A stretch of DNA of 64,000 nt, taken from contig CAJOLV010000005.1 of assembly GCA_905235515.1 (NCBI GenBank), positions 6,409 through 70,408 on the forward strand, written 5' to 3'. Made by a program: the position numbers and the translations under genes. This DNA is from an uncultured Bacilli bacterium. GTDB lineage: Bacteria > Bacillota_I > Bacilli_A > RFN20 > CAG-826. Below the pieces are notes generated by a model, which saw only the letters and a program-made list of their open reading frames with translations, made no database searches and was not told the DNA's origin. This document shows positions 38,053-49,174 of this stretch, in pieces. Within the stretch, counting starts at the first letter, position 1, and the number at the start of each line of letters is the position of its first letter.

Positions 38053-39404
38053 TAGTCTCTTCCTCCTGCTGCGACGACTTCGTCGAATGATTTACCAGCT
38101 AATAAGCCATCGATTTGGGTGTTAAGCTCGAGAGCGACACCAACAACGATGATTAAGCCAGTTCCACCGAGTGCTAAACTTGGATAATCTTTGAAGACTG
38201 TCAAGGTGAGGACACTTGGTAATGCGGCAATGATAGCTAAGGCCATCGCACCGATGAATGTCACGCGGTTAAGAACTTTACGAACATATCTTTCGGTTTC
38301 AATACCTGGTCTCACACCAGGAATATAAGAGCCGTTTTTCTGGAAGTTTTCCGCTAATTGTTCAGGATTGATTTGTAAATTAGCATAGAAGAAGGTGAAC
38401 ATAATGGTTAAGGCGAGATAGATAATCAAGCCCCAAGGCATACTCCAACTTCCCATGTTGGTCATCTTACTACTAGAGAAGACATTGAGCCATTCAGCGT
38501 TAGTGTCACTGCCTAAGAAACCGACAATGATACTTGGAGCAGTCATAATTGAGCTAGCAAAGATGACTGGGATAACGCCTGCGGAGTTAATCTTAATTGG
38601 TAAGAAACTCGCTTTGGCCATTGATTGAGTTTGTCCTCCACCCTTTCCTGAATGTTGTACTGGAATCTTTCTCTTTGATAATTCAACGAATGTAACAAAG
38701 GAGATGATGAGTAAGAAGGAGAGGATGTAAAGAAGGAATGAGAAGACGCCTTTAATAAGTTGGGCATCTCCTGGGTTAGCACCGATAATCCATCTTTGGA
38801 AAGCAGTGCTAATTTGATTTGGTAAGGAGCAGACGATACCCGCAAAAATAATCATGGAAATACCGTTACCGATACCTTTAACAGAGATTTGGTCACCTAA
38901 CCACATCACTGTCATTGAGCCAGCAAGCATGACCACGACGACATAGACATATGTAAGCCATGGAGTGCTACCAGCGGAGAAGCTGACTAAGTCACTTGTC
39001 TCCATTGTTTTAATGATGCCATAAGCTTGGACAGCACCTAACATAAGAGTTAAGTAACGAGTCGCTAATTCCATCTTTTTACGACCATATTGGCCTTGAC
39101 GTTTTAATTCAGATAAGGCTGGTAAGACATCGGTCGCTAATAATTGAACGATAATCTGCGCAGTAATATATGGGGAAACGCCTAATGCGAAGATGGAGAA
39201 TGTTTGTAATGTTCCACCGCCTAAGATGTTCATTAATGCCAATGCGTTATTACTTTCTAAGTAAGTAGATAAGTTTTCACTTTCTAATGTCGCACCTGGA
39301 ACAGTAATCTGACATCCAATACGGAAGATGAATAGGATCAAGATCGTAAACATAATACGATTCATGATCTCTTTGTTTTTAAGAATTGATCCTAATTTCT
39401 TCAT
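38052..39404 (-). CDS. secY: Protein translocase subunit SecY
   Basis: 450 aa, 10 TM, operon position. Confidence 0.95.
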   Translation of the reverse strand: MKKLGSILKNKEIMNRIMFTILILFIFRIGCQITVPGATLESENLSTYLESNNALALMNILGGGTLQTFSIFALGVSPYITAQIIVQLLATDVLPALSELKRQGQYGRKKMELATRYLTLMLGAVQAYGIIKTMETSDLVSFSAGSTPWLTYVYVVVVMLAGSMTVMWLGDQISVKGIGNGISMIIFAGIVCSLPNQISTAFQRWIIGANPGDAQLIKGVFSFLLYILSFLLIISFVTFVELSKRKIPVQHSGKGGGQTQSMAKASFLPIKINSAGVIPVIFASSIMTAPSIIVGFLGSDTNAEWLNVFSSSKMTNMGSWSMPWGLIIYLALTIMFTFFYANLQINPEQLAENFQKNGSYIPGVRPGIETERYVRKVLNRVTFIGAMALAIIAALPSVLTLTVFKDYPSLALGGTGLIIVVGVALELNTQIDGLLAGKSFDEVVAAGGRD

Positions 39405-39406
39405 AA

Positions 39407-39847
39407 TTAGATCACCTCAATTTTGCCACCAGCTTCATTAATAGCTTGTTCGGCTGATTTGGAGAATTTATTAGCTTGGACAGTTAAGGCTTTGCTTAAT
39501 TTGCCATTACCTAATACTTTAATTCCATCATATTCCTTACGGACTAAACCGGATTCAATTAATAAAGTTGGAGTGACCAATGTACCGGCTTCAAATCTTT
39601 CAAGCGCGGAAACATTAATGACTGCATAATTGACATGATTAACATTCTTAAAACCACGTTTTGGTAATGCTCTGAATAATGGTAATTGACCACCTTCGAA
39701 GCCTAAACGGACACCACCGCCTGATCTAGCATTTTGACCTTTGTGGCCTTTGCCAGCGGTTTTGCCGTTACCACTACCTTCACCACGGCCTTTACGCCAA
39801 TTGGCTTGACGGCTGCCAGCGGTTGGTTGAAGTTCATGCAATTTCAT
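39407..39847 (-). CDS. rplO: 50S ribosomal protein L15
   Basis: Gly/Lys-rich N-term, operon position. Confidence 0.95.
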   Translation of the reverse strand: MKLHELQPTAGSRQANWRKGRGEGSGNGKTAGKGHKGQNARSGGGVRLGFEGGQLPLFRALPKRGFKNVNHVNYAVINVSALERFEAGTLVTPTLLIESGLVRKEYDGIKVLGNGKLSKALTVQANKFSKSAEQAINEAGGKIEVI

Positions 39848-39887
39848 AAATGCACCTCCTTAATTCAATTTTTGCTATAAGCAATAA

Positions 39888-40511
39888 TTATTCTTTACTA
39901 CGAAGAGTTTTAATCTCTTTATAGTTCTTAAGGCTTTCTAAACCTTGGTTGACAGCGCGGACAATGTTGATTGGGGCGCGGCTACCATAAACTTTGGAGC
40001 AAACGTTTTGCACGCCTGCTAATTCTAAGACCGCACGAACTGGGCCACCGGCGATAATTCCGGTACCTTCAGGTGCTGGTTTTAATAAGACGGAGCAAGC
40101 TCCATATTTACCGACGACTTCGTGAGAAATGGTATTACCTTTAACAAGATGAATCTTGAAGAGGTTTTTCTTCGCGGCTTCGGTAGCTTTTTTAATAGCA
40201 TCTGGGACTTCAGCGGCTTTGCCGAGAGCAAATCCGTATCTACCTTTATGATCACCAATGACCATTAAGGCGGTGAATTTCATACGACGTCCACCTTTAA
40301 CGGTTTTACTAACTCTGTTAATAAAGACGACTCTTTCCTCAAATTCTTTTGGTTCATCACGACGGACATCTTTACGATCTCTTCTTGGGCCACCTTTACG
40401 GTCACCACGTGGACGACGATCTTGTGGACGTCTTTCGCCTTCTTTAGGAGCTTCGACTGGAGCTGGTTGTTCCGCAACTGGTGCTTCTTGAACTAATTTT
40501 TCTTCTTCCAT
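39888..40511 (-). CDS. rpsE: 30S ribosomal protein S5 with ~45-aa charged low-complexity N-terminal extension
   Basis: Core '[29 protein letters not shown]'; N-term '[49 protein letters not shown]'. Confidence 0.9.
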   Translation of the reverse strand: MEEEKLVQEAPVAEQPAPVEAPKEGERRPQDRRPRGDRKGGPRRDRKDVRRDEPKEFEERVVFINRVSKTVKGGRRMKFTALMVIGDHKGRYGFALGKAAEVPDAIKKATEAAKKNLFKIHLVKGNTISHEVVGKYGACSVLLKPAPEGTGIIAGGPVRAVLELAGVQNVCSKVYGSRAPINIVRAVNQGLESLKNYKEIKTLRSKE

Positions 40512-40525
40512 TTGTTACTCCTCCA

Positions 40526-40882
40526 TTAGAATTCTAAGCCAGCTTCACGAGCGGCTTCTGCTAATGCTTTGATTCGACCGTGATAAACATAACCACTTCT
40601 ATCAAAGACGATTTTCTTTAAACCTTTGGCGAGTGCTTTTTCAGCGATGTCTTTGCCAACTTTACCAGCAGCTTCAATATTGGAGCCATTTTCAAGTTTT
40701 AAGGACATAGAGGAGGAAGACACTAAAGTGCAACCTTTCACATCGTCAATAAGTTGTGCTTCGATGTTTTTGTTTGAACGGTAGACACATAATCTTGGTG
40801 CTTCCGCGGTGCCAGAGATTTTGGCTCTAACACGGGCATGTCTACGAACACGTGAGACATTTTTGGATTCTTTTTTGACCAT
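40526..40882 (-). CDS. rplR: 50S ribosomal protein L18
   Basis: operon position, 118 aa. Confidence 0.95.
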   Translation of the reverse strand: MVKKESKNVSRVRRHARVRAKISGTAEAPRLCVYRSNKNIEAQLIDDVKGCTLVSSSSMSLKLENGSNIEAAGKVGKDIAEKALAKGLKKIVFDRSGYVYHGRIKALAEAAREAGLEF

Positions 40883-40901
40883 AATTATCTATCTCCTTTC
40901 A

Positions 40902-41459
40902 TTATTTTGCAGCACGTTTGCCTTCTTTTGTGGCAACGTACTCACCTTGATAACGGATACCCTTACCAAGATATGGTTCTGGACGTCTGACGTCTCTAAT
41001 TAAAGCCGCGGTTTGTCCAACTTTTTGTTTGTCAATACCTTCGACTTGGACTAAGACGATACCAGTATTACCTTTGACTTCAGGAACAGAGATTTTCACG
41101 CCTGCTTCTGGAGTGATGACAATTGTGTGGGAGTAACCAGCGAATAATTCCACTGATTCACCTTTCATAACTGCTTTATAACCGATACCTCTCATCTCTA
41201 AGATTTTCTTATAGCCTTCGGTGACACCGACGACTGCGTTATGGAAGTTAGCACGAGTGGTACCATGGTTTTGTTTGGTTTGTTTTTCTTCGTTTTGGCG
41301 AGTGAAGGTCACAACCGCGCCATCGACATGAACATCGATACCTTTGTTGATTAAGACTTCTAATGAGCCTTTTGGACCTTTAACAGTCGCTTTTTGACCG
41401 TTTAATTCAACGGTGACTCCAGCTGGGAGATCAATATGTTTATTACCAATTCTTGACAT
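40902..41459 (-). CDS. rplF: 50S ribosomal protein L6
   Basis: 'MSRIGNK' start, 185 aa. Confidence 0.95.
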   Translation of the reverse strand: MSRIGNKHIDLPAGVTVELNGQKATVKGPKGSLEVLINKGIDVHVDGAVVTFTRQNEEKQTKQNHGTTRANFHNAVVGVTEGYKKILEMRGIGYKAVMKGESVELFAGYSHTIVITPEAGVKISVPEVKGNTGIVLVQVEGIDKQKVGQTAALIRDVRRPEPYLGKGIRYQGEYVATKEGKRAAK

Positions 41460-41470
41460 AAACTATCCTC

Positions 41471-41863
41471 CTACCAGATATAAGCGATAACTTCGCCACC
41501 GATACCTAAGGTTCTTGCTTTTGCATCGGTCATCACACCTTGAGAGGTGGAAATAATAGCGATACCTAAGCCTTTAAGAACTTTTGGTAATTTTTCACAA
41601 CCGACATTAACGCGCAAGCCTGGTTTAGAGATTTTCTTACAACCAGAGATAACACGTGTGCCATCTGCTGCGTATTTTAATGTGATTGTTAATTCTTTTT
41701 TGACTTCGCCTTTGACTTTATAGTCAACGATGAAGCCTTCGTCTTTTAAGATTCTGGCGATTTCCACTTTCATCTTGGAACTTGGTATCTTCACAGATTC
41801 ATATCTTAATTGGTTTGCGTTTCTAATGCGGGTAAGCATATCCGCGATTGGATCAGTCATCAT
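41471..41863 (-). CDS. rpsH: 30S ribosomal protein S8
   Basis: '[13 protein letters not shown]'. Confidence 0.95.
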   Translation of the reverse strand: MMTDPIADMLTRIRNANQLRYESVKIPSSKMKVEIARILKDEGFIVDYKVKGEVKKELTITLKYAADGTRVISGCKKISKPGLRVNVGCEKLPKVLKGLGIAIISTSQGVMTDAKARTLGIGGEVIAYIW

Positions 41864-41884
41864 AAATAATCGATATCCTCCTTA

Positions 41885-42070
41885 TTACCAAGATGATTTC
41901 TTCATGCCTGGGATTTCACCCTTGTACGCTAATTCACGTAAGCAGATACGGCATAAATGGAATTTTGAATAGACAGAGTGAGGACGTCCACAACGTTCAC
42001 ATCTTGTATATTCACGAACTTTAAATTTTTGTGGTCTACTTTGTTTGACTTTAATACTAGTTTTGGCCAT
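41885..42070 (-). CDS. rpsN: 30S ribosomal protein S14 type Z (zinc-binding)
   Basis: 61 aa with CxxC...CxxC. Confidence 0.95.
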   Translation of the reverse strand: MAKTSIKVKQSRPQKFKVREYTRCERCGRPHSVYSKFHLCRICLRELAYKGEIPGMKKSSW

Positions 42071-42084
42071 TGTGAGCTCCTTTC

Positions 42085-42798
42085 TTATCTATGGAATGGC
42101 ATACCTAATAATTCTAATAATGTGTATGCTTCTTCGTCTTTTTTAGCGGTTGTGACAATAACGATGTCCATACCGCGAACCTTTGCAACCTTATCGTAAT
42201 CGATTTCTGGGAAGATTAATTGTTCTTTAATACCTAAGGTGTAGTTGCCACGGCCATCAAAGGCGTTTCTGCTAACACCACGGAAGTCACGAACACGTGG
42301 GAGAGCGATGGAGACTAACTTATCGTAGAAGTCCCACATACGTAAGCCACGTAATGTAACTTTACAACCAATTTCCTGACCTTCACGAACTTTAAAGGTA
42401 GCGATGGATTTCTTAGCCTTTGTAATGATTGGCTTTTGGCCAGTGATTTGGGCTAATTCAGCAACAGATTCTTCTAATCTCTTGCTATCTTGAGTGGCAT
42501 CACCAACACCGATGTTGATGACGATTTTATTTAAGGCAGGGATTTGCATAACGGAAGAATAATTATATTTTTCCATTAAAGCTTTTCTCACTTCGTTTTC
42601 ATATTTAACTTGTAAACGGTTAACGATAGTGGCTTTTTTGTTACCTGCACCAGACTTTTTGGCTGGTTTCTTTTCAGCTTTTGGGGCTTCAGCCTTAGCT
42701 GGAGTTGGTTTTTCAACTGGTTTTTCTTCTGCTTTTGGAGCTTCTTCTTTTTTAGGAGCGGCTTTCTTTGCAGGTGTTTTTTTGACTTCTTCTGCCAT
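42085..42798 (-). CDS. rplE: 50S ribosomal protein L5 with ~58-aa Ala/Lys/Pro/Glu-rich N-terminal extension (start MAEEVKK with AGGAGG RBS; track ORF begins further upstream)
   Basis: Core '[43 protein letters not shown]'. Confidence 0.9.
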   Translation of the reverse strand: MAEEVKKTPAKKAAPKKEEAPKAEEKPVEKPTPAKAEAPKAEKKPAKKSGAGNKKATIVNRLQVKYENEVRKALMEKYNYSSVMQIPALNKIVINIGVGDATQDSKRLEESVAELAQITGQKPIITKAKKSIATFKVREGQEIGCKVTLRGLRMWDFYDKLVSIALPRVRDFRGVSRNAFDGRGNYTLGIKEQLIFPEIDYDKVAKVRGMDIVIVTTAKKDEEAYTLLELLGMPFHR

Positions 42799-42811
42799 GT
42801 TGATTACCTCC

Positions 42812-43117
42812 TTATAACACTGTGCCGCTCTTTTTCGCAAAGCGGACTTTTTTACCCTTAACTTCTTTATGACCAATTCTAGTTGGTTTTTTAGTTTTTG
42901 GGTCTTCAATCATAACGTTAGAGGCATCAATTGGAGCGTAAACTTCAACGATGGAACCTTCTGGGTTAGCTTGAGTTGGTTTTTGGTGTTTTTTGCGGAC
43001 GTTAATACCTTCGACGACAACACGATTTTGTTCAGGAATGACTTTTTGAATTGTGCCACTCTTACCTTTATCACGGCCGGCGATAACAATAACTTTGTCA
43101 CCTTTTCTAAGATCCAT
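42812..43117 (-). CDS. rplX: 50S ribosomal protein L24
   Basis: '[15 protein letters not shown]' KOW motif. Confidence 0.95.
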   Translation of the reverse strand: MDLRKGDKVIVIAGRDKGKSGTIQKVIPEQNRVVVEGINVRKKHQKPTQANPEGSIVEVYAPIDASNVMIEDPKTKKPTRIGHKEVKGKKVRFAKKSGTVL

Positions 43118-43132
43118 AGTTATCTATCCTCC

Positions 43133-43510
43133 TTATAACACTTCTGGGGCGAGGGAAACAATTTTCATGAATCCTTCTTGACCCTTATCACGTAATTCTC
43201 TGGCCACAGGACCAAATACACGTGTACCTACAGGCGCGTTATCATCATTAATAATAACAACGGCGTTGTCATCAAACTTGATGGTTGAACCATCTGGACG
43301 ATTGATGGCTTTCTTTGTACGAACGATGACACATCTGACAACGTCACCTTTCTTGACTTTACCATTTGGGATGGCATCCTTCACTGCACATAAGACGATA
43401 TCGCCGATAGAGGCGCTTTTCTTGAAGGAACCACCATAGAGGGTGAAAGCGCGAACGGAACGTGCACCACTGTTATCAGCGACAACAAGATTCGTTTCCT
43501 TTTGGATCAT
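43133..43510 (-). CDS. rplN: 50S ribosomal protein L14
   Basis: '[17 protein letters not shown]'. Confidence 0.95.
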   Translation of the reverse strand: MIQKETNLVVADNSGARSVRAFTLYGGSFKKSASIGDIVLCAVKDAIPNGKVKKGDVVRCVIVRTKKAINRPDGSTIKFDDNAVVIINDDNAPVGTRVFGPVARELRDKGQEGFMKIVSLAPEVL

Positions 43511-43878
43511 TACTTGCTTTCCTCCTCTTCTGCCTTTTCTTCTTCTGCAAGGCCAGCTTCCGCTAATTCAGCAGCTTCTTCAGCTTTTAATTCGGCTTCA
43601 GCTTCTTTGACAGAGAGTTCGGCTTTCTTATCAATGCTCACTAATCTGAATCTCTTTGTAGCGGAGAGTTTGCGGGTTTCCATAATGGTCACTGTATCGC
43701 CAACTTTTGCTTCATTGTTTTCATCATGAGCGTAGAATTTTTTGCCATATTTGACACGTTTTCCATATTTTGGGTGTCTTCTATGTGTTTCAATGAGGAC
43801 GACAATTGTCTTATCGTTTTTATCAGAAACAACAACACCTTGAACAGTTCTTCTGGCTGCTACTTTTCTTTCTTCCAT
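43510..43878 (-). CDS. rpsQ: 30S ribosomal protein S17 with ~40-aa acidic Ala/Glu-rich C-terminal extension
   Basis: Core '[19 protein letters not shown]'; tail '[32 protein letters not shown]'. Confidence 0.9.
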   Translation of the reverse strand: MEERKVAARRTVQGVVVSDKNDKTIVVLIETHRRHPKYGKRVKYGKKFYAHDENNEAKVGDTVTIMETRKLSATKRFRLVSIDKKAELSVKEAEAELKAEEAAELAEAGLAEEEKAEEEESK

Positions 43879-43892
43879 GACAACTGACCTCC

Positions 43893-44093
43893 TTATTTGC
43901 TTTCTTCTAACTCGCGTTCTCTAAGAACTAAGTTAACTCTTGCGATGTCTTTTCTCACAGCGATGACATCTTCGCCTCTTTCGAGGGCTCCAACAGCTTT
44001 CTTTCTGCGGAGTTCGAATAATTGTTCTTTAAGTGAGTATAATTTTTCTTTTAATTCGACTGTGGATAATTCACGGACTTCATTAATTTTCAT
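43893..44093 (-). CDS. rpmC: 50S ribosomal protein L29
   Basis: 66 aa, operon position. Confidence 0.95.
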   Translation of the reverse strand: MKINEVRELSTVELKEKLYSLKEQLFELRRKKAVGALERGEDVIAVRKDIARVNLVLRERELEESK

Positions 44094-44098
44094 ATCGA

Positions 44099-44512
44099 TT
44101 ATTCCTCACCTTTCTTAACAACTTTACATTTGATTGGAAGCTTATAAGCCGCTAAGCGAAGGGCTTCACGTGCATCTTCTTCAGAGATACCTCTGACTTC
44201 GAACATGATCGCGCCTTTACGGACGACTGCCACCCAATCTTCTGGGGAACCTTTACCAGAACCCATACGAACTTCGGCTGGTTTCTTGGTTTTGGCTAAG
44301 TGTGGGAAGATTCTAATAATGACCTTGCCACCTTTTTTGGTGTATCTGGAGATAACAACACGAGCCGCTTCAATTTGGCGGGTGGTAATCCACGCACCTT
44401 CAAGGGCTTCTAAACCAAATTCACCGAACGCAACGGTGTTACCACCTTTGCAATGTCCTTCATATTTAATAATATGTGGACGTCTGTATTTAACTCTCTT
44501 TGGTTGTAACAT
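44099..44512 (-). CDS. rplP: 50S ribosomal protein L16
   Basis: '[11 protein letters not shown]'. Confidence 0.95.
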   Translation of the reverse strand: MLQPKRVKYRRPHIIKYEGHCKGGNTVAFGEFGLEALEGAWITTRQIEAARVVISRYTKKGGKVIIRIFPHLAKTKKPAEVRMGSGKGSPEDWVAVVRKGAIMFEVRGISEEDAREALRLAAYKLPIKCKVVKKGEE

Positions 44513-44514
44513 GA

Positions 44515-45195
44515 TTATTCTCCTTTCTCTTCAGAAGATTTCTTTTGAAGTTCAGGACGAATTTCACCACGACAGATCCAAACTTTGACACCTAAGCGGC
44601 CATATTGAGTGGCTGCTTCTGTTTTGGCGTAGTCAATATCACTACGGAGGGTATGAAGAGGAATGATACCTTCTTTATAGCCTTCACTACGAGCGATATC
44701 CGCACCGCCTAAACGACCAGAGACGACAGTTCTGATACCTTTAGCACCAGCTTTACGAACTCTTTGGATGGCTTTCTTTTGGACGCTTCTGAAACTGGCT
44801 CTTTCTTCTAATTGTTTGGCAATTGATTCTGCAACGATTGTTGCGTCGAGGTCAGGATTCTTCACTTCTTGAACGTCGATTCTGACATCGGAGCCCTTCA
44901 AAATCTTACTTAAATCTTCTTTAATATTATTGATATTTTTTCCATCTTGACCGATGACAACGCCTGGTCTAGCAACGTGGATTGAGATAATCACTTTGTG
45001 ACCGTTTTCAGCTTTGATTCTTTCGATGACAACATGGGATAACATCGCTTCTTTGAGGTTCTTTTCGAGATATTTACGAACTTTGATATCTTCGTTGAGG
45101 AAGACATGGAATTCTTTATCATCAGCAAACCAACGAGAATTCCAATCCTTGTTGATGCCAACACGCATTCCAACTGGACTTACTTTTTGACCCAT
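44515..45195 (-). CDS. rpsC: 30S ribosomal protein S3
   Basis: '[24 protein letters not shown]'. Confidence 0.95.
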   Translation of the reverse strand: MGQKVSPVGMRVGINKDWNSRWFADDKEFHVFLNEDIKVRKYLEKNLKEAMLSHVVIERIKAENGHKVIISIHVARPGVVIGQDGKNINNIKEDLSKILKGSDVRIDVQEVKNPDLDATIVAESIAKQLEERASFRSVQKKAIQRVRKAGAKGIRTVVSGRLGGADIARSEGYKEGIIPLHTLRSDIDYAKTEAATQYGRLGVKVWICRGEIRPELQKKSSEEKGE

Positions 45196-45208
45196 TAAAA
45201 CTTCCTCC

Positions 45209-45742
45209 TTATCTCATTTTGACAATCACAGTAATGTGACTTGCTCTTTTCACTAAACCACTAGCAGAACCTTTTGCTCTTGGTAAGTATCTTTTCATTC
45301 TTAAGCCATCATTTGCGTAAATGGTTGCAATATATAATTTATCTTCATCCATTCCGAAGTTGTTGGTGGCATTGGCTGCTGCTGATTTGATGAGCTTGCT
45401 CACTGGGACAGCGGCGGCTTTGTTAATGTTTGCTAAGATGCCTAACGCTTCTTTCACATCTTTGCCCCTCACTAAATCGATAACTAATCTAATTTTACGT
45501 GGAGTGACTCTGACATTCTTAGCAATCGCTCTAGCTTCTGTTGGCATTGGCTTTTTAGGAGCTTCTGGTTTCTTTTCAACTTTCTTAGCTGGAGCTTTTT
45601 TGGCTGGTTTCTTTTCAGCCTTAGGAGCTTCTTCAACTGGAGCTTCTGTAGGGGCTACTTCTTCGACTGGTGCTTCTTTTTTAGGAGCAACTTTCTTAGG
45701 AGCGGCTTTCTTTGCAGGTGCTTTTTTGACTTCTTCTGCCAT
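45209..45742 (-). CDS. rplV: 50S ribosomal protein L22 with ~65-aa Ala/Lys/Pro-rich N-terminal extension
   Basis: Core 'ARAIAKNVRVTPRKIRLVIDLVRGKDVKEAL'; N-term '[25 protein letters not shown]...'. Confidence 0.9.
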   Translation of the reverse strand: MAEEVKKAPAKKAAPKKVAPKKEAPVEEVAPTEAPVEEAPKAEKKPAKKAPAKKVEKKPEAPKKPMPTEARAIAKNVRVTPRKIRLVIDLVRGKDVKEALGILANINKAAAVPVSKLIKSAAANATNNFGMDEDKLYIATIYANDGLRMKRYLPRAKGSASGLVKRASHITVIVKMR

Positions 45743-45757
45743 GTTGATTACCTCCTA

Positions 45758-46051
45758 TTATTTACTGGCGTTCGCTGCTTTATCTTCAGCAGTGTGGCCT
45801 GTATGTCCTGTGAATTTTCTGGTTGGAGAGAATTCACCTAATTTGTGTCCGACCATATCTTCTGTCACATAGACTGTGATATGTTCTTTACCATTGTAGA
45901 CCGCGAAGGTGTGGCCAACGAATGATGGATAAATGGTTGAACGACGTGACCAAGTCTTAATGACTTCTTTTTTGTTTGCCGCGTTTAATGCGTCGACTTT
46001 CTTTTGTAAAGATTCATCGATGAATGCGCCTTTTTTCAAACTTCTAGACAT
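45758..46051 (-). CDS. rpsS: 30S ribosomal protein S19
   Basis: '[15 protein letters not shown]'. Confidence 0.95.
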   Translation of the reverse strand: MSRSLKKGAFIDESLQKKVDALNAANKKEVIKTWSRRSTIYPSFVGHTFAVYNGKEHITVYVTEDMVGHKLGEFSPTRKFTGHTGHTAEDKAANASK

Positions 46052-46073
46052 AATTCATTTTCCTCCTTTGCGA

Positions 46074-46907
46074 TTATTTGCCGTTGCGTCTACGGACGAT
46101 TAATTTATTTGACGCTTTCTTTTGGTTACGGGTCTTGACACCTAATGCACGTTTGCCCCATGGGGTACGTGGTGCGTCACGACCGACAGGACATTTACCT
46201 TCACCACCACCATGTGGGTGATCGACTGGGTTCATAACAGAACCACGAACTGTTGGTCTTGTACCTAACCATCTTGTTTTACCGGCCTTACCATCATTGA
46301 TAAGGTTCCAGTCTTCATTGCCGACAAAGCCGACTGTCGCGCGGCAATTGCCGAGAATCTTTCTCACTTCACCAGAAGCGAGTCTGACCATGACGTATTT
46401 GCCTTCGGCACCGAGAACTTGAGCAGCTGTACCAGCAGCGCGGCATAATTGGCCACCTCTACCTGGTTCTAACTCAACGTTATGAATGAAGGTACCTTCA
46501 GGAATGCTCTTTAAGCACATTGCGTTGCCTGGTAAAACATCCACTGCAACGCCGGAAATAACTTGATATCCGACTTTGACATCTTTTGGTGCGAGAATGT
46601 ATCTCTTTTCGCCATCTAAGTAACTGACTAAACAAATGTTTGCGTTACGATTTGGATCATACTCGATAGTTTTCACGACCGCTGGGATGCCATCTTTATT
46701 ACGTTTGAAGTCAATAACACGATATTTGCGTTTATGACCTCCACCAATGTGGCGGCAGGTGATTTTACCTTGGTTATTTCTGCCACCAGTTTTGGATAAA
46801 CTGACTAATAAGCTTTTCTCAGGAGTATTGGTAGTGATTTCACTGAATGTCGAGTTGGTCATGTTTCTACGAGATGGGCTCGTAGGTTTGTAAGTTCTAA
46901 TTGACAT
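46074..46907 (-). CDS. rplB: 50S ribosomal protein L2
   Basis: 277 aa, 'GGGHKRKYR'. Confidence 0.95.
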   Translation of the reverse strand: MSIRTYKPTSPSRRNMTNSTFSEITTNTPEKSLLVSLSKTGGRNNQGKITCRHIGGGHKRKYRVIDFKRNKDGIPAVVKTIEYDPNRNANICLVSYLDGEKRYILAPKDVKVGYQVISGVAVDVLPGNAMCLKSIPEGTFIHNVELEPGRGGQLCRAAGTAAQVLGAEGKYVMVRLASGEVRKILGNCRATVGFVGNEDWNLINDGKAGKTRWLGTRPTVRGSVMNPVDHPHGGGEGKCPVGRDAPRTPWGKRALGVKTRNQKKASNKLIVRRRNGK

Positions 46908-46945
46908 TACTTGTTCCTCCTATAGTTGAATAGTTCGAACTTTAA

Positions 46946-47293
46946 CTATTCTTTGAATAGGTCAATTGCTTCGCCTTCTGCGATAGTAACAACTGCCTTC
47001 TTATAACCGGAGATCTTACCTTGGTAACGGGTGCCTCTGGTTGTTAATTTGGTCTTAACATTAGCAATCTTCACATCGATAACTTTGACTTGGAAGATTC
47101 TTTCAAACGCTAATTTGACTTCAGTCTTGTTGGCGTCTGGTAAGACTTTTAATGTTACTTTGTTTTCGTTTTGCATTAATGACATGGATTTTTCAGTAAT
47201 GACTGGTTTAACGATAACTTCGTAATCTCTAACTGTTGCTTTTGAGAAGCTTGGAGCTTTTGCTTTAGCTTCGACTGTTTTCTTGGCTGCCAT
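46946..47293 (-). CDS. rplW: 50S ribosomal protein L23 (short Ala/Lys-rich N-terminal extension)
   Basis: 'YEVIVKPVITEKSM'. Confidence 0.95.
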   Translation of the reverse strand: MAAKKTVEAKAKAPSFSKATVRDYEVIVKPVITEKSMSLMQNENKVTLKVLPDANKTEVKLAFERIFQVKVIDVKIANVKTKLTTRGTRYQGKISGYKKAVVTIAEGEAIDLFKE

Positions 47294-47294
47294 A

Positions 47295-47930
47295 TTACTT
47301 CAATGCCTCCTCAACTGCTTTAATTGCTTCAACGCTGATGACTAAGGCATCTGCATTTAACATATCGAGAACGCTTAAGTTGTCTTTAGTGACAACTCTG
47401 GCATAGCCAACGTTTCTGCAGCTACCAACTAAGTTTTCATCTAATTCGTTGACGACGACTAAGGTCTTCTTGTTGGCTTGTAATGCATCGAGCATTGCCA
47501 CGAAGTTCTTTGTCTTCTTTTCTTCGAATTTGATTTCATCAACAACGACTAATCCTGCTTTGGCTTTTAAGCTTAATGCAGATTTAACCGCGAGAGCATG
47601 TTCTTTCTTATTTTGGGAAATCTTGTAGTTTTGATTTCCAACTGGTCCGAAGACCGTTCCACCACCGACCCACACTGGTGAACGTGTTGTACCAGCACGA
47701 GCGCGGCCTGTGCCTTTTTGACGGAATGGCTTTTTGCCACCGCCACTCACTTCGTGACGAACCTTTGTTTTGGCTGTCGCTTGGCGAGAATTGCTTTGCT
47801 CAACTTGAACAGCGTCGAACATTGCTTGGTTATGTGGTTCAATTCCGAACACGGAGGCGCTTAAGGCTAACTTAGAGACTTCTTCGCCTTTCATGTTGAG
47901 AACTTTCACGTTAATTTTCTTTTCTGCCAT
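47295..47930 (-). CDS. rplD: 50S ribosomal protein L4
   Basis: 211 aa, operon position. Confidence 0.95.
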   Translation of the reverse strand: MAEKKINVKVLNMKGEEVSKLALSASVFGIEPHNQAMFDAVQVEQSNSRQATAKTKVRHEVSGGGKKPFRQKGTGRARAGTTRSPVWVGGGTVFGPVGNQNYKISQNKKEHALAVKSALSLKAKAGLVVVDEIKFEEKKTKNFVAMLDALQANKKTLVVVNELDENLVGSCRNVGYARVVTKDNLSVLDMLNADALVISVEAIKAVEEALK

Positions 47931-47953
47931 AACATTTGTTCTCCTTTCTGTTC

Positions 47954-48682
47954 TTATTCAGCGGCTTCAGTTGCTGGAGCTTCGACTGGAGCTTCTTCAA
48001 CGACTGGAGCTGGAGTGCGATCCACTAAGCCTTTGATGACTTCTGGATGTTTCACTTCTTTAACAGCGCTTCTGATTGTAACGATGGATTTCTTTGCACC
48101 TGGGAGACCACCTTTAATTAAGATGTAACCCTTTTCTGCATTGACATCGATAACCATAACGTTGTGAATGGTAACTGATTCATTGCCCCAATGACCGGAC
48201 ATGTGTTTGCCTGGCATGACGCCGTGGTTGTAACGACCATTGTTAGCGAATGTACCTTGACCTCTATGGTAACCTGAACCATGACCTTTAGGACCAATGT
48301 GTTGATTCCATCTCTTGATAACGCCACTGTAACCATGACCTTTACCGGTACCGATAACATCAACGACGTCACCTTTCTTGAACATATCAACTGTGATTAA
48401 GTCACCTAATTTGTAGTTGGCCATTTCATCACCGCGTAATTCTTTAGAAACTTGGTGTGGAACTGTGCCGGCTTTCTTAGCAATACCTAATTCTGGTTTG
48501 TTAGCGCGGCTTTCTTTCTTTTCTTCATAACCAACTTGGACTGCCACATAACCGTCTTTTTCAACTGTCTTAACTTGTGTGACAACATTTGGTAAGACTT
48601 CAACGACGGTAACTGGATACATGGTTCCATCTTCAGCGAAGACTTCTGTCATGCCCATTTTACGACCTAAAATTGCTTTCAT
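47954..48682 (-). CDS. rplC: 50S ribosomal protein L3 (with ~25-aa Pro/Ala/Glu-rich C-terminal tail)
   Basis: 'MKAILGRKMGMTEVF'; tail 'TPAPVVEEAPVEAPATEAAE'. Confidence 0.95.
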   Translation of the reverse strand: MKAILGRKMGMTEVFAEDGTMYPVTVVEVLPNVVTQVKTVEKDGYVAVQVGYEEKKESRANKPELGIAKKAGTVPHQVSKELRGDEMANYKLGDLITVDMFKKGDVVDVIGTGKGHGYSGVIKRWNQHIGPKGHGSGYHRGQGTFANNGRYNHGVMPGKHMSGHWGNESVTIHNVMVIDVNAEKGYILIKGGLPGAKKSIVTIRSAVKEVKHPEVIKGLVDRTPAPVVEEAPVEAPATEAAE

Positions 48683-48696
48683 TTCGTCTTACCTCC

Positions 48697-49008
48697 TTAT
48701 AGTTTGATTGTGATATCGACACCAGCTGGGAGATCTAAATTCTTTAATGAATCCATTGTCTCTTTCTTAGGATTGTTGATATCGATGATACGTTTGTGTG
48801 TTCTGATTTCGAATTGTTCACGAGAATCCTTATATTTGTGAACAGCTCTTAAAATCGTATAAACTTGTTTTTCCGTTGGTAGCGGAATAGGACCCACAAC
48901 AGTAGCCCCAGTTTTCTTCGCTGCAGCAACAATCTTTTCTGCGGCAACATCTAAGTTGACGTGATCATATGCTTGTAAGCGAACTCTGATTTTTGTTGCT
49001 TTTGCCAT
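48697..49008 (-). CDS. rpsJ: 30S ribosomal protein S10
   Basis: '[14 protein letters not shown]'. Confidence 0.95.
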   Translation of the reverse strand: MAKATKIRVRLQAYDHVNLDVAAEKIVAAAKKTGATVVGPIPLPTEKQVYTILRAVHKYKDSREQFEIRTHKRIIDINNPKKETMDSLKNLDLPAGVDITIKL

Positions 49009-49174
49009 GAATTGAATTTCCTCCTATCACTTTCAGGCTTTGACCTATTTCTCACTTCTTGCGAATTCCCTGATGACACCTTCATGACAACGCTTGTGGG
49101 TGTATCAGCAACCTCGCACATCAACGCGAGCGGTCAACGTTCAAATCATACCCCTCTACGCATATACGTGTCAA
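49009..49174 (-). promoter_or_regulatory. S10-operon promoter (TTGACA 49169-49174, 18-nt spacer, TATGAT 49145-49150) and ~130-nt GC-enriched structured leader
   Basis: Hexamers read on minus strand; leader contains CTCGC...GCGAG and CTGATACACC...GGTGTCATCAG stems. Confidence 0.5.

Noticed and set aside
45321-45872. 183-aa plus-strand ORF (Ala/Ser/Gly/Leu-rich) and similar ORFs at 42629..42817 and 43502..43729
   Set aside because: These are antisense to the Lys/Ala/Glu-rich r-protein tails. Low-complexity antisense frames are stop-poor by chance, and they have no RBS.
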